Source of the DNA: Tepidisphaera sp.
GTDB taxonomy: Bacteria; Planctomycetota; Phycisphaerae; Phycisphaerales; UBA1924
Direction: 5' to 3'
Assembly: GCA_050916045.1 (NCBI GenBank)
Contig: CP051526.1
Location: 2,208,001 to 2,272,000 of the forward strand
Length of the DNA stretch: 64,000 nt
The first letter of the stretch is position 1; each line of letters begins with the position of its first letter. Both the position numbers and the translations under genes were made by a program. Shown here one piece after another: positions 18,200 to 28,038 of the stretch. The notes beneath the pieces are model-generated. The model was not told the DNA's origin. It was given only the letters and a program-made list of their open reading frames with translations, and made no database searches.

Positions 18200-18468
18200 G
18201 GTGGCCAGGCTCTCCGAGCCGCGTCCATGCCTTCGGGTGGCCCGGCTCTCCGAGCCGGGTCGCCTCCTCCTTCTCCCCGTGCTTCACGGGGAGAAGTCCG
18301 GCCGCTTCGGCGGGGATGAGGGGTCTTCGATCGCCGCGGAACCTCGCTCCGCTCTCCCCAATCAACCCAGCCCGAAGGGCTGCTCGGGAGTAGCCGGGGG
18401 TCAAGCGAGTCCGCGAGCGCAACCCCCGGACCCATCCACCCCGCCCGCCCACGACCCCGAAGGGGTCG
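18200..18468. repeat. Cluster of three REP-like palindrome families
   Basis: ggtggcc.ggctctccgagccg twice (18200, 18236); hairpin 18270-18329 (similar to 52578-52636); 100-bp element 18369-18468 (similar to 47941-48037). Confidence 0.8.
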
Positions 18469-18656
18469 GACCAAGCCCCCGCCACGGCGTCCGCCTGTAG
18501 AGCGCACGCGCCACCAGCGACGCAGCGGCCAGACACGTCCAGCCGACGCCGAAGGTCGTGCCACCCCCGCTCACCGTTACACTGTCATTGATGCCGTCGA
18601 CCCCGTCCGTCCCATCTCGAGGACAGAGAGGAAGCCACGCCACCCGCCCGAGTTGG

Positions 18657-19376
18657 ATGTGGCGATTTCGGCGCTCAATGGTCAGTGGGTTTGGTCGATC
18701 CAACCTCATCTGCCACATCCTTTGTCTGACATTCGGAGTCGCAGTAACCACCATGAGCGTCTTCGCTCCTCGCGCACCAGCCATGTGCCCGTTGTCGAAG
18801 TACTCGACCGGATATGTTGACATGCAGCGCCAAGTCGGCTGGAGAGCTGCACACTCCCAATGGGCCGACTGGATCGCTATCGATCGCGTTGCAGGTTCGC
18901 CGGAGATGCACGATCGTACGTACATCATCTGGCAATCCGGGCCGATCGAGCCACAGAGATTCGCGCGGCTTGCCGGGGAAGTCGCGGAACAGGTCGATCC
19001 CAACTGGCACTCGGAGTTCCTCCTCAGAGAAGCGAGCGTCGAGTATGTGAACGCGGTCAGAAGCGGCTTCCCATTTCGATGCGCACTGGGATGGGTTGAG
19101 TATCGATCCCAACAGGGGCGACCTGTCCACTTGCTGGGCGACACGAGCACCTCTTGGTGGCGTTGCAAGCCTGTTGATGTCCTGCCCGTTCCGTTCGTGC
19201 TCAACGTGTCGATCTACGCAGGACTCGCGTATACGGCCTGGCTCGTCCTCGGTCTATTCACACGTGGCGTTCTGCGCCGAACAACCGGTCGCCAGTGTGG
19301 CCTTTGCGGTTATGACCTTTCCGGATCCATCGGACCGTGCTGCCCCGAGTGTGGCGGCTTGCAGGGTCAGAAATGA
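18657..19376 (+). CDS. Membrane protein with C-terminal Zn ribbon (CxxCGYDL..CPECG)
   Basis: N- and C-terminal hydrophobic segments; CGLCGYDLSGSIGPCCPECG. Start uncertain. Confidence 0.75.
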   Translation: MWRFRRSMVSGFGRSNLICHILCLTFGVAVTTMSVFAPRAPAMCPLSKYSTGYVDMQRQVGWRAAHSQWADWIAIDRVAGSPEMHDRTYIIWQSGPIEPQRFARLAGEVAEQVDPNWHSEFLLREASVEYVNAVRSGFPFRCALGWVEYRSQQGRPVHLLGDTSTSWWRCKPVDVLPVPFVLNVSIYAGLAYTAWLVLGLFTRGVLRRTTGRQCGLCGYDLSGSIGPCCPECGGLQGQK

Positions 19377-19521
19377 CCCAACCCGCGCCGGGTCCACCGA
19401 TCCCGATCACAACGACAGCCTACGGACCCAGCGATCGGCGGTACGAGTCGCTTCCAGATCGATTCCACCCGCCCACAACTAGTCCCATGATGCGTCTCAC
19501 CGCCGAAACTTTGAACCGCAG

Positions 19522-20037
19522 TTAAGTCGAGGACGACGATGACTGCTTCTGCTGCTCTCTTTCCTTTGCCGCCTTGAAAGGGTTGTATGGAGGCAGCAAG
19601 AACTGGGGCATACCAGCTCGACTCAGCGAATCATGGACGAACTCTCGCCAGAACGGGTGGAGATTTAGCCTGGTATTCAGCTTTGCGAAGGCGTGAAGAT
19701 CCGCGGGCTGGAGATCCGCACCTTCCAGCAACACATAGATCACCAGATACTCTGCGGTTGCGGAGAAGAAAGGAACATGGGCGCGATCGCCTCCTTCGCC
19801 AACAACCTCTTTTTCACCTTGAAACTCGAAGACAGCACGAATACCGAGGGTTGTCTTGTCGAGGTGAACAACGTCGAATTTGGGCACCGAAGAAGACGCC
19901 CGATAGGGAGGCTCGTCCGGAGCAGCAATCACTGAATAAGTGCCTTTGGGCTGCGTGATAGACCTGATCGAGTCGATCCGCAGAACGACATTCGCCAGAT
20001 TGCCCACTTCAGATTTTTCAGAGTTTGTGTTCGGCAT
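19522..20037 (-). CDS. SecB-like chaperone of a TAC system
   Basis: FSATAEYLVIY...AFAKLNTRLNLHPFWREFVHDSLSRAGMPQFLLP fits the SecB C-terminal signature; 6 nt downstream of the antitoxin. Confidence 0.85.
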   Translation of the reverse strand: MPNTNSEKSEVGNLANVVLRIDSIRSITQPKGTYSVIAAPDEPPYRASSSVPKFDVVHLDKTTLGIRAVFEFQGEKEVVGEGGDRAHVPFFSATAEYLVIYVLLEGADLQPADLHAFAKLNTRLNLHPFWREFVHDSLSRAGMPQFLLPPYNPFKAAKEREQQKQSSSSST

Positions 20038-20043
20038 CGGGAC

Positions 20044-20610
20044 CTAGTGGAAACAGCGAGTGACGGAGCAGAAACGATCAAGCGATACCGACGGAGGCTC
20101 TGGTCCGTGCTCTCGCCAAGCGACGTACCCAGACTCCGAAGGCACAGCAAGTTCATCCGATCCCCAGACCACCTGAGCCGGAGAATTCGGAGCCGACAAA
20201 AGCCCAAGCAGGAACTCCCGCGCGGCTGGCACAGCAAAGCAGACGCGAAGAAACTTGTCTGTCGAGCGAGACAGAAGAGCCCCACTCTCCCATCGGGAGA
20301 TTGAAGTCGAAGCAAAGCCGCAGAGATCAGCCAAATACGCCTGGGTGCACCCAAGCGACTCACGGAGTCGACGCAGATCACTGCCACTCATCAGATGGAG
20401 TTTGGCTCGCAGTGCCTCATGGACCGCTTCGTCGGCTTCCTCCCCCATCGTGACGAAGCCGCAGGCTTCACACTTATTGCAGGGAAGCTTGGGCACGAAC
20501 ACATCGTGCAGGACGTTTTCGTGCTTGACCTGAGTGCGAAACTCGATCTCAGCGGGCTTGACCGAACGTTCCTTGCACTGCGAGCAGCGTCTTGGATATG
20601 GTCGATTCAT
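20044..20610 (-). CDS. MqsA-type antitoxin (Zn finger + XRE HTH) with ~50-aa C-terminal ChAD-like tail
   Basis: CSQC/CEAC, LRESLGCTQAYLADLCGFASTSISRWESG, and a tail containing GYVAW. Confidence 0.88.
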   Translation of the reverse strand: MNRPYPRRCSQCKERSVKPAEIEFRTQVKHENVLHDVFVPKLPCNKCEACGFVTMGEEADEAVHEALRAKLHLMSGSDLRRLRESLGCTQAYLADLCGFASTSISRWESGALLSRSTDKFLRVCFAVPAAREFLLGLLSAPNSPAQVVWGSDELAVPSESGYVAWREHGPEPPSVSLDRFCSVTRCFH

Positions 20611-20936
20611 CGCGGTCTCTTGAAACTCGGGGGATGGACGCTCACGATCAGGATTACCGGTAATTCTGGATCCTCCTCGTTGAGCGTGAACTCAAAGTAG
20701 ATGTCGCCAAGTTCACCCGGATCGGGTACGACGAAGTCGTAGACAAACTCCTCCTCGAATCCTTCGTGGGAGTTTCGCTTTTTGATCGGCTTGTCGAGAT
20801 CCGTGACATAGCCGTCGAAGATCTGGTTGGCCTCAGCCATTCTGAGGCGAGTGCCGTAGTGACGGTTCAGCTTCTCAAGTGCAACCCGGGTCCACTCGCG
20901 CGCCCCAGAACTGGCATCGCGAATAGCGATGCACAT
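20607..20936 (-). CDS. Putative MqsR/RelE-like toxin
   Basis: ATGA overlap with the antitoxin. C-terminal YDFVV..IYFEFTL...ILIVSVH resembles the MqsR IYxK...IVSFH pattern. The N-terminus may be frameshifted. Confidence 0.7.
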   Translation of the reverse strand: MCIAIRDASSGAREWTRVALEKLNRHYGTRLRMAEANQIFDGYVTDLDKPIKKRNSHEGFEEEFVYDFVVPDPGELGDIYFEFTLNEEDPELPVILIVSVHPPSFKRPR

Positions 20937-21055
20937 GGCCTGTCGCGATGACTTGGGACACTCGATACTTCACCGTCCAAGATCCCCGGTTGTGGCTGCG
21001 ATCGTCCGGACGCTGCCCCCGCGGAATTTCCATGTTGTCGGCCTCCAGGTCGTGC

Positions 21056-21085
21056 ATGGTACCACATACTTGACATACGTCAAGT
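21056..21085 (-). promoter_or_regulatory. TAC operon promoter with a palindromic operator over the -35
   Basis: TTGACG-N16-TACCAT with extended TG; inverted repeat ACTTGAC-N4-GTCAAGT at 21068-21085. Confidence 0.65.
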
Positions 21086-21218
21086 CTATCGGCTGAGTTC
21101 CCGCAGTTTCTTGATCGAGATTCCACCGTTTTAGGGTTATCGGCGGGCAAATCGGTCTCGCGGAATGCGCCCGCAGACCCTTCGGACGACTGAACGGGGT
21201 GATCGGTACCCTCCCCCC

Positions 21219-21884
21219 ATGTGCGGCCGCTTCACCTCCCTCTACAAATGGCGCGAGCTCGTCAAGCTCATGCGAGCGACCACGCTCCCGCTTGACCCGC
21301 TCGACGATCTCGCCGACCCCGTCCCCCGCTACAACATCGCGCCGACGCACCCCGCCGCGATCCTGACCCTCGCTCCCCGCCCCACTCCCGCCCGCTGGGG
21401 GTTCGAAGCCCACGGCAAAGCCATCATCAACGCCACCGCCGAAAACCTCGAAGACCGCCCCCTCTTCCGCGACCACCTCCGCTCCGGCCGCGCCGTCGTC
21501 CCCATGTCCGGCTTCTACGAATGGAAGGGCGACGCCCGAAGCCGCCAACCCCTCTATTTCACCCGCACCGACGATGAGATCATGCTCGTCGCCGGCCTCG
21601 TCCGCACCATCGCCGCCCCTCCCCGGCTTGAATTTGTCATCATCACCGCCGCCGCCAATCCCGACATGGACCCGGTCCACGACCGCATGCCCGTCATCCT
21701 CTCCCCGCAGAGCGCCGAAGCCTGGCTCCGCCTCGGCGACTCCCTCCCGCGCTCGCTTCTCCTCCCCTCCCCGCCCGGCACGCTCAAACACCGCCCCGTC
21801 TCCCCCCGCGTCAACAAGGTCGCCGCCGACGATCCCTCCCTCCTCGACCCCTACACAATCCCGCAAGCCGGCCTCTGGGGCTAG
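21219..21884 (+). CDS. SOS response-associated peptidase (SRAP/YedK family)
   Basis: MCGRF N-terminus, RYNIAPT, GFYEW, HDRMPVIL. Confidence 0.93.
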   Translation: MCGRFTSLYKWRELVKLMRATTLPLDPLDDLADPVPRYNIAPTHPAAILTLAPRPTPARWGFEAHGKAIINATAENLEDRPLFRDHLRSGRAVVPMSGFYEWKGDARSRQPLYFTRTDDEIMLVAGLVRTIAAPPRLEFVIITAAANPDMDPVHDRMPVILSPQSAEAWLRLGDSLPRSLLLPSPPGTLKHRPVSPRVNKVAADDPSLLDPYTIPQAGLWG

Positions 21885-22026
21885 TTCCCATTCTCGGACG
21901 CCCCCCACCCCGCCCCCGCCTCCCCCACGCTCGCAACCCGACCAGACCCACCGCCCCCAAGCCGGCCCGCGTCCCCGCGCCCAAGCCACGCTCCCCGTCG
22001 GCCGATTCTTCCCGATCGGGAGCCCC

Positions 22027-22434
22027 ATGAGCCACACCATCCTCATCTGCGACGACGACGCGCACATCCGCTGCATCCTCGCCGCCAAACTCCGTGCCTC
22101 TGGCTATACCGTCCACGAAGCCCGCGACGGCGAGGAAGGCTTCACCGCCGCCGTCGCCCACAAGCCGCACCTCATCCTCACCGACTTCCAGATGCCCGGC
22201 ACCGACGGCCTCGCGATGTCCTTCAACCTTGCCGCCAACCCCGCCACCACCCACATCCCCATCATCATGCTCACCGCCCGCGGACACTCCATCGAGGACG
22301 AAACCCGCGGCAAAACCGGCATCCAGGTCCTCATCGACAAACCCTTCAGCGCCAAGCAGGTCCTTGAGCACGTCCAGCGCGTCCTCGCACAGTCCACCAC
22401 CTCCAAGGATCTTCCGCATGCCGACGCCGCATGA
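22027..22434 (+). CDS. Single-domain response regulator
   Basis: ILICDDD, TDFQMPGTDG, MLTA, KPFS. Confidence 0.93.
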   Translation: MSHTILICDDDAHIRCILAAKLRASGYTVHEARDGEEGFTAAVAHKPHLILTDFQMPGTDGLAMSFNLAANPATTHIPIIMLTARGHSIEDETRGKTGIQVLIDKPFSAKQVLEHVQRVLAQSTTSKDLPHADAA

Positions 22435-23971
22435 AGCCATCGCGGTCTTCGCCGCTCGCGCAGCAAGCCTCGGCGCCCTCGCCTTCGACCCCGACGCCGA
22501 CCGCACCCTCGCGCCCGCCTCGCCGCTCCTCGAAGCCGCCGTCGCCGCCATCGCCTCAACGCCAAGCCCGCACCTCCGCTGCGTCGACTGCTCCATCGCC
22601 GGCATCCCCGTCCGCGTGCTCCTCCTCGAGCCCGACTGGCTCGACAGCCCCGCACTGCCCGAGGTCGCCCGCGCCACAAACCACAACCTCTGGGACCTCC
22701 GCGCCGCCCTCAAGCACCACGCCGCTTTCCCCGGCCCCGCCGCCCTCATCGCCACCCGCGCCCTCACCGACCTCGCGCAAGACCTCTCCGAACGCGTGAA
22801 CACCCACGCCGAGCACGAATCCACCATCGCTTCCTTCACCGACGAACTCACCAAGTCCTACGAAACCCTCAGCCTCCTCTACTCCATCGGAAGCGGCCTC
22901 ACCGACCTCTCCCACCCCGAGCGATTCCTCCAAGCCGCCGCCGACCGCCTCGAGACCGGCTCAGACTTCAGCCACATCGCGATCCGCTTTGTGCCCCCAC
23001 ACCAGTCACCGGCCAACGACGCCCGTCCCGCCGACCCCATCATCCACTCCTCGCGCGATGCGTCCCGGCTCCCCAAGGCACTCGCCCTCACCGCACGCCT
23101 CCCGGGCGATTTCACCCGGTTCCTCGATGGCAAACGCGTCGTGCCCCCGCACAGCCCCATCACGCACCACGACCGACAGGTCCTCGTCCAGCCCATCGTC
23201 CTCGACGGTGCCTTCCAGGGCTATCTCGTCGGCACCGACAAGGTCGGCACCGACCCGCTTCTCTCAAGCTACGACCTCCAGCTCTTCCAATCGACCGCTT
23301 CCTTCCTCGCCGCCTTCCTCCAGACCTGCCGCCTCTTCGAGCAGCAGCGCCAGATGTTCCTGGGCACCATCAAAGCCCTCACCGCCTCGATCGACGCCAA
23401 GGACCGCTACACCCGCGGTCACTCCGAACGCGTCGCCTGGCTCTCCGCATCCCTCGCCCGCGCCCTCGGACACTCCGAGCAGTCCATCCGCCGCATCCAC
23501 ATCGCCGGCCTCGTCCACGACGTCGGCAAGATCGGCGTCCCCGAAGCCGTGCTCTGCAAGCCCGGCCGCTTGACCGACGAGGAATTCGGCTGGATCAAGA
23601 AACACCCCGAGATCGGCCACCGCATCCTCGCCGACATCCCGCAACTCGCCGACATCCTCCCCGGCGTCCTCCACCACCACGAACGCATCGACGGCAAGGG
23701 CTACCCGCACGGCCTCGCCGGCGATTCCATCCCCGAAATGGCCCGCATCATCGCCGTCGCCGACACCTTCGACGCCCTCAGCTCCACACGCTCGTACCGC
23801 GCCGCCCGCACGCGCGATGTCGTCCTCGCCGAGATCGCCCGCTCCTCCGGCACTCAGCTCGACCCGCGTGTCACGGCCGCACTCGCAAGCGTCGACCTCA
23901 CCGAGTTCGACCGCCTCATCGCCGAGCACGCGTCGACCGCTCCCGCCGTCGCCATCACCAGCGCCGCCTGA
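22418..23971 (+). CDS. GAF-like + HD-GYP c-di-GMP phosphodiesterase
   Basis: HSERVA, HDVGKIG, HHERIDGKGYP, ADTFDALSSTRSYR. Confidence 0.93.
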   Translation: MPTPHEAIAVFAARAASLGALAFDPDADRTLAPASPLLEAAVAAIASTPSPHLRCVDCSIAGIPVRVLLLEPDWLDSPALPEVARATNHNLWDLRAALKHHAAFPGPAALIATRALTDLAQDLSERVNTHAEHESTIASFTDELTKSYETLSLLYSIGSGLTDLSHPERFLQAAADRLETGSDFSHIAIRFVPPHQSPANDARPADPIIHSSRDASRLPKALALTARLPGDFTRFLDGKRVVPPHSPITHHDRQVLVQPIVLDGAFQGYLVGTDKVGTDPLLSSYDLQLFQSTASFLAAFLQTCRLFEQQRQMFLGTIKALTASIDAKDRYTRGHSERVAWLSASLARALGHSEQSIRRIHIAGLVHDVGKIGVPEAVLCKPGRLTDEEFGWIKKHPEIGHRILADIPQLADILPGVLHHHERIDGKGYPHGLAGDSIPEMARIIAVADTFDALSSTRSYRAARTRDVVLAEIARSSGTQLDPRVTAALASVDLTEFDRLIAEHASTAPAVAITSAA

Positions 23972-23994
23972 TCCCCCGCTCCGCGATTGGTCGC

Positions 23995-25230
23995 TCAGTC
24001 CACCGTCCGCGCGAGCGACTCACGATCGACAAAGAACCGCGGCAGCCCGCGGAACCCCGGCGGCCCGCTCACGGGCTTGACCGCTCGCGACACCGCCGTC
24101 AGCGACGATGTCGTGATCGCCCCGTTGGTGAAGATCGGCGCCGTCGTCGCCAGCGAACCGCTGATGGTCATGTTCCCCGATGAGAAGATCAGCCCGCGGA
24201 ACTCCGACGGGTAACGATCCGTGGTGTCCGAGTCCGCCGAACCTTCAAAGGGCATCGTCGACGGGTTCAGGCTCTTGGATACGGTCGCTTCCGAGAGATC
24301 CGCTCCATCCATCGTGATCGAGAGAGTCCCCTCGACAATCAGAGCCGGATACCCAGGCGTCACCGGGTCCCAGATCACCGAGCCCGTCACGCGCACGCCC
24401 GCGGTCGCGTTCTTCAGGATGAACGTGCCGTTGATCCGGCAGTCTGAGATCGTGAGCCGCCGCCCCTGCAGGTCCACCACATACACCCCCGCCGAGTTGC
24501 TCGAAAGCAGCCACGGCGGGTTCAGCGGCCCGACGAAAGCACCCGAAAGCGTCGTCCTCCCGGACCCCGACATCGTTCCCGTCGAGCCGATGGCTTCGTA
24601 CGCCGCGATCACGTCCGCGATCACCGGAAGCGTCACCGCCGCCCGATAGTTCGCCGCGCCCTGCGCCACCCCCGACGAGGTGAACGTCCCCTCCACCGTG
24701 CTTGAGGTCAGCGTGATCGTCCCGTTCGTGTGCGCCGGCTGCTTGATCCACGCCGTCGACGAGCTCAGCGTGATCGCACCGTTCGCCACGATCGAGAATC
24801 CGAGCAGATCCGACGAGATCAGATTCGGCGTCGCAAGCACCGACATGATCCGCCTCGCCCCGCCGTGCTGCGCCGTCGCCGTCACGCGGAACGGATCCGA
24901 CTCGCTCCCCTGCACCACGCCGTCCAACGAGTCCACCGCCGTGACCGTCGTCTTCCCCAAACTCCCCTCGATCTGCACCAGCGTTCCCGCGAACGTCCGA
25001 CGCCACGACGTGTCGTAGCGAAGCAGCGAAAGCCCCGCTTCAAGCCCGCCCGTCGCCTGCTGCCGCGCCGTCCGCGCCTCCGCAAGCGTCTCCGCCCGCG
25101 ACCCGTGAACCTGCGTCGCCAGTATCCCGGCCGTCACCGCCAGAAATCCGATCGACATCACGCTCAGCACGATCAGGTACACCGACCCGCGCCTTGCCCC
25201 ACGCACGTTCCGCCACCCGCGACCTCTCAT
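23995..25230 (-). CDS. PilX/GspK-like minor pilin
   Basis: RRG^SVYLIVL class III signal lacking Glu5; beta-rich C-terminus. Confidence 0.75.
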   Translation of the reverse strand: MRGRGWRNVRGARRGSVYLIVLSVMSIGFLAVTAGILATQVHGSRAETLAEARTARQQATGGLEAGLSLLRYDTSWRRTFAGTLVQIEGSLGKTTVTAVDSLDGVVQGSESDPFRVTATAQHGGARRIMSVLATPNLISSDLLGFSIVANGAITLSSSTAWIKQPAHTNGTITLTSSTVEGTFTSSGVAQGAANYRAAVTLPVIADVIAAYEAIGSTGTMSGSGRTTLSGAFVGPLNPPWLLSSNSAGVYVVDLQGRRLTISDCRINGTFILKNATAGVRVTGSVIWDPVTPGYPALIVEGTLSITMDGADLSEATVSKSLNPSTMPFEGSADSDTTDRYPSEFRGLIFSSGNMTISGSLATTAPIFTNGAITTSSLTAVSRAVKPVSGPPGFRGLPRFFVDRESLARTVD

Positions 25231-25742
25231 GGCGTCACCGCCTCCCAGGCTTTCACGCGAAGGATGCTCCCGCTCGCGAGCGTCTTCCCCCCGCGTTCCA
25301 CCGTGACCGTCACCCGCTTCACGCCCGACTCCGCGACCTGTACCGTCACAAAGTCCGTCGCCGAGACCCACTGCACCGTCACCCGCCTCACCCACGTCGC
25401 AAAACGCGAGACCTCCACGCCCGTTCGCGTCCGAAGCCCCGTCTCAACCCATCCCGCCAGATCATCCACATCGTCCGCACTCGACCGTGACGTAATCGTC
25501 TCCCCCGACTCCGCCCCCAGCACCGTCGTCGCCACCGTCGGATCCTCGTACGCAAGCCCCCCGGCTTCGCCCAGCACCTCATCGACCAGCAGCGAAGCCG
25601 CCGAGTACGCCTGCACCTGCTCCCGCCGCGCGATCGCCCCCGACGCCGTCGTCATCACCACAAGCACGGACGCACCCACCAATCCCACGGCCGCCACCGC
25701 TTCAACCATGCTGAACCCGCGATGGAAAGCCCGTGATCTCAT
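25227..25742 (-). CDS. Minor pilin (PilV/GspI-like)
   Basis: RG^FSMVE prepilin motif. Confidence 0.85.
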   Translation of the reverse strand: MRSRAFHRGFSMVEAVAAVGLVGASVLVVMTTASGAIARREQVQAYSAASLLVDEVLGEAGGLAYEDPTVATTVLGAESGETITSRSSADDVDDLAGWVETGLRTRTGVEVSRFATWVRRVTVQWVSATDFVTVQVAESGVKRVTVTVERGGKTLASGSILRVKAWEAVTP

Positions 25743-26788
25743 TTCGTGATCGGCTCCGCGAAGGTCGACACCGAGAACCGCACCGGCAGAGCTTTGCTCT
25801 GCTGCGGAATCATCTCAATCCCCACGCTCATCAGCCGCGACTCTGACGATGTCGTCGTCGAAGGTCGCCACTGCCGGCCGTTGACGAGAACGGGCGCACC
25901 GCCGTCCGTGTACGTCGTCCAGGATCCATCCTTCCCCACCGTCGCGTGAAGCGTGCCCATCGCCACACCCGACGAGTTGTACTGCACATTCACGTCCCCA
26001 ATCGTGACCGTCGCGTCGATCACGATCGACACCTGCGTTCCGGCAGGAAGGTCCGGCGCCGACGAAAAAGTGAACGTGATCGGCATCGCGCTTCGAAGCA
26101 CGTTCAGTCCCACCGACCCGCTCGTCGCAAGCGGTGTCTGGCTCGCCAGATTCGTCACCCGTCCCGAGTACAACCGGGCCCGAAGCGTCGACACTGTCAC
26201 CGCCGAGACGTTCGCCAGCACCCGGCACGACGTCACCCTCCACGAAGTCGCATCCGCGTCGAGCACCGGCGTAAACGTTACCGCCACCGCGCCGCCCGCC
26301 AGGCTCTGCGTGGCGTTGCCCGCGCCCGGGTATCGCAGGATGGCTTCCTCAGCTCCCAGAGCCGAAGCACCCGGTCCCGACTTCGTCACCGACCTCCACA
26401 CCGCTTCGGCCGAGAACGACGACAACGCCGGCCCCACAGCGATCTCCGTTCCATCGTTCATCGACCGCATCAGCGGCTCACCGGGACCGTCCCACGAGTA
26501 GTGGATCTCCTCCTCCGATCCGTCGTTGTCACGGTCCGCCACGGTGAACTCAAGGTCCGTCGCCGAAATCGAAGACACCGACACCGCCGCCGCAAGGTCG
26601 TCGCCCAGCCACGCCGCCGCGTCCTGAACGCCCGCGGCCAGCGCCGACACGTCCTCCTCCGGCCTCGGCATCGCCCGCAGGCTCATCGACATCACCGAGC
26701 CCAGCGCAACCAGCAGAATCCCCGCGATCGACAGCGCCGTCACCGACTCGATCAGCGTGAACCCGCGTTGCACATGGTCACGGGCCAT
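25739..26788 (-). CDS. Minor pilin (PilW/GspJ-like)
   Basis: RG^FTLIE prepilin motif. Confidence 0.85.
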   Translation of the reverse strand: MARDHVQRGFTLIESVTALSIAGILLVALGSVMSMSLRAMPRPEEDVSALAAGVQDAAAWLGDDLAAAVSVSSISATDLEFTVADRDNDGSEEEIHYSWDGPGEPLMRSMNDGTEIAVGPALSSFSAEAVWRSVTKSGPGASALGAEEAILRYPGAGNATQSLAGGAVAVTFTPVLDADATSWRVTSCRVLANVSAVTVSTLRARLYSGRVTNLASQTPLATSGSVGLNVLRSAMPITFTFSSAPDLPAGTQVSIVIDATVTIGDVNVQYNSSGVAMGTLHATVGKDGSWTTYTDGGAPVLVNGRQWRPSTTTSSESRLMSVGIEMIPQQSKALPVRFSVSTFAEPITK

Positions 26789-27259
26789 TCAGTCCTCTCC
26801 CAGCGTGGCCAGCCGAACATCCTCGAGCACCGCCACGCCGTCCGTCAGCGTCAGCGTGTAGTCCTGCCGGTAGTCGCCCGCCCCGAGGGTCAGCTTCAGC
26901 TTCACGTCGTTCTTCCCGTACCCATCGAACGCAACGTCCCCGTCCGTCCCCGCTGTCAACGACCGAACCGTCACGCCGTACGGAGCATCCTCAAGCACCG
27001 TCTGCCCGCCCGCCACCGTCTGGCCGCCGGCCGAGACCGACCACCGGTACCCCGCGCGTGCAAACTGCACCCGCGCCGTTCCGCTCGAGACGCGGGCCCG
27101 CTCGCGGATCATCGCGATGTCCGCCGCGACCCGATCCCCGGCTCCGGCGAGCCGCCGACGGTCCGAAGCCCCCGCGAACCGTGGCATAGCGATCGCCGCG
27201 ACGATCCCGATCGTCGCCAGCACGAACACCATCTCCAGTAGCGTGAACCCTCGACGCAC
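26789..27259 (-). CDS. Minor pilin (FimT/GspH-like)
   Basis: RG^FTLLE; GTG start at 27259 after GGAGG. Confidence 0.85.
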   Translation of the reverse strand: MRRGFTLLEMVFVLATIGIVAAIAMPRFAGASDRRRLAGAGDRVAADIAMIRERARVSSGTARVQFARAGYRWSVSAGGQTVAGGQTVLEDAPYGVTVRSLTAGTDGDVAFDGYGKNDVKLKLTLGAGDYRQDYTLTLTDGVAVLEDVRLATLGED

Positions 27260-27379
27260 CTTCGCCTCCCGAAACGCACACCGCCCGCTCCAGATGCTCT
27301 CGCACCAGGCGCGGGCGGCTGAGCATCGCTCAGAGAAGCGGCCCGGGGGAATCACGGGCGGCTTCATGCTCGTGGTTGT

Positions 27380-27850
27380 TTAGTACGCGGAGTACAGCTT
27401 GCCCGAAGCGTCGGCTTCGGCGACGTCCACGCCGGCCTTCACTTCACCCGTCGAAGCCGTGTAGATCCAGCCCACGTTGGCCGCGAACGCCGCCGCGACC
27501 GTCGTGCTGCCCTTGTTGCCGCCGACCGGAAGCGCCGGGATCGAGCGCACATACGGGCCGTAGATGAACGCGCCCGTCTGGGTCGCGGACGCCGTGCCCG
27601 CCAGGTTCGTGTACGTGGTCAGCTGATCGACGAAGTTCGCCAGCGTCGGACGCGTGCCCTGGTGCTCCTGCGTGTACATCTCGACGCCGTTGCGCAGAAT
27701 CGCGAGGTTGGCAGTGAGGGCCGAGTCCGCCGCACCGGCCGAGCCGCGGCTCATCCGCGGGATCGCGATCGCCCCGATGATGCCGATGATGACGATGACG
27801 ATGACCAGCTCAATCAGGCTGAAGCCGCGGCGAATCGTGTGAGAGTTCAT
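27380..27850 (-). CDS. Major pilin/pseudopilin (GspG-like)
   Basis: RRG^FSLIELVIVIVIIGIIGAIAIP. Confidence 0.92.
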   Translation of the reverse strand: MNSHTIRRGFSLIELVIVIVIIGIIGAIAIPRMSRGSAGAADSALTANLAILRNGVEMYTQEHQGTRPTLANFVDQLTTYTNLAGTASATQTGAFIYGPYVRSIPALPVGGNKGSTTVAAAFAANVGWIYTASTGEVKAGVDVAEADASGKLYSAY

Positions 27851-28038
27851 GGGTCCTGTCTCCGCTCTGGGAATGAATTCGGGAGGAGTACGACCCTCCG
27901 CTGTTCATCTCCATCGTCGATCCGAAGACCTCGCTTTGATTTTGCGCCGGGATTCGAGCACGTCCACACGTAGTTACCACGGGGTGCGAGCCCCGACATC
28001 CCCTCCCTGAGGGATGGCTTGCTCGCGTTCTCGGACAC

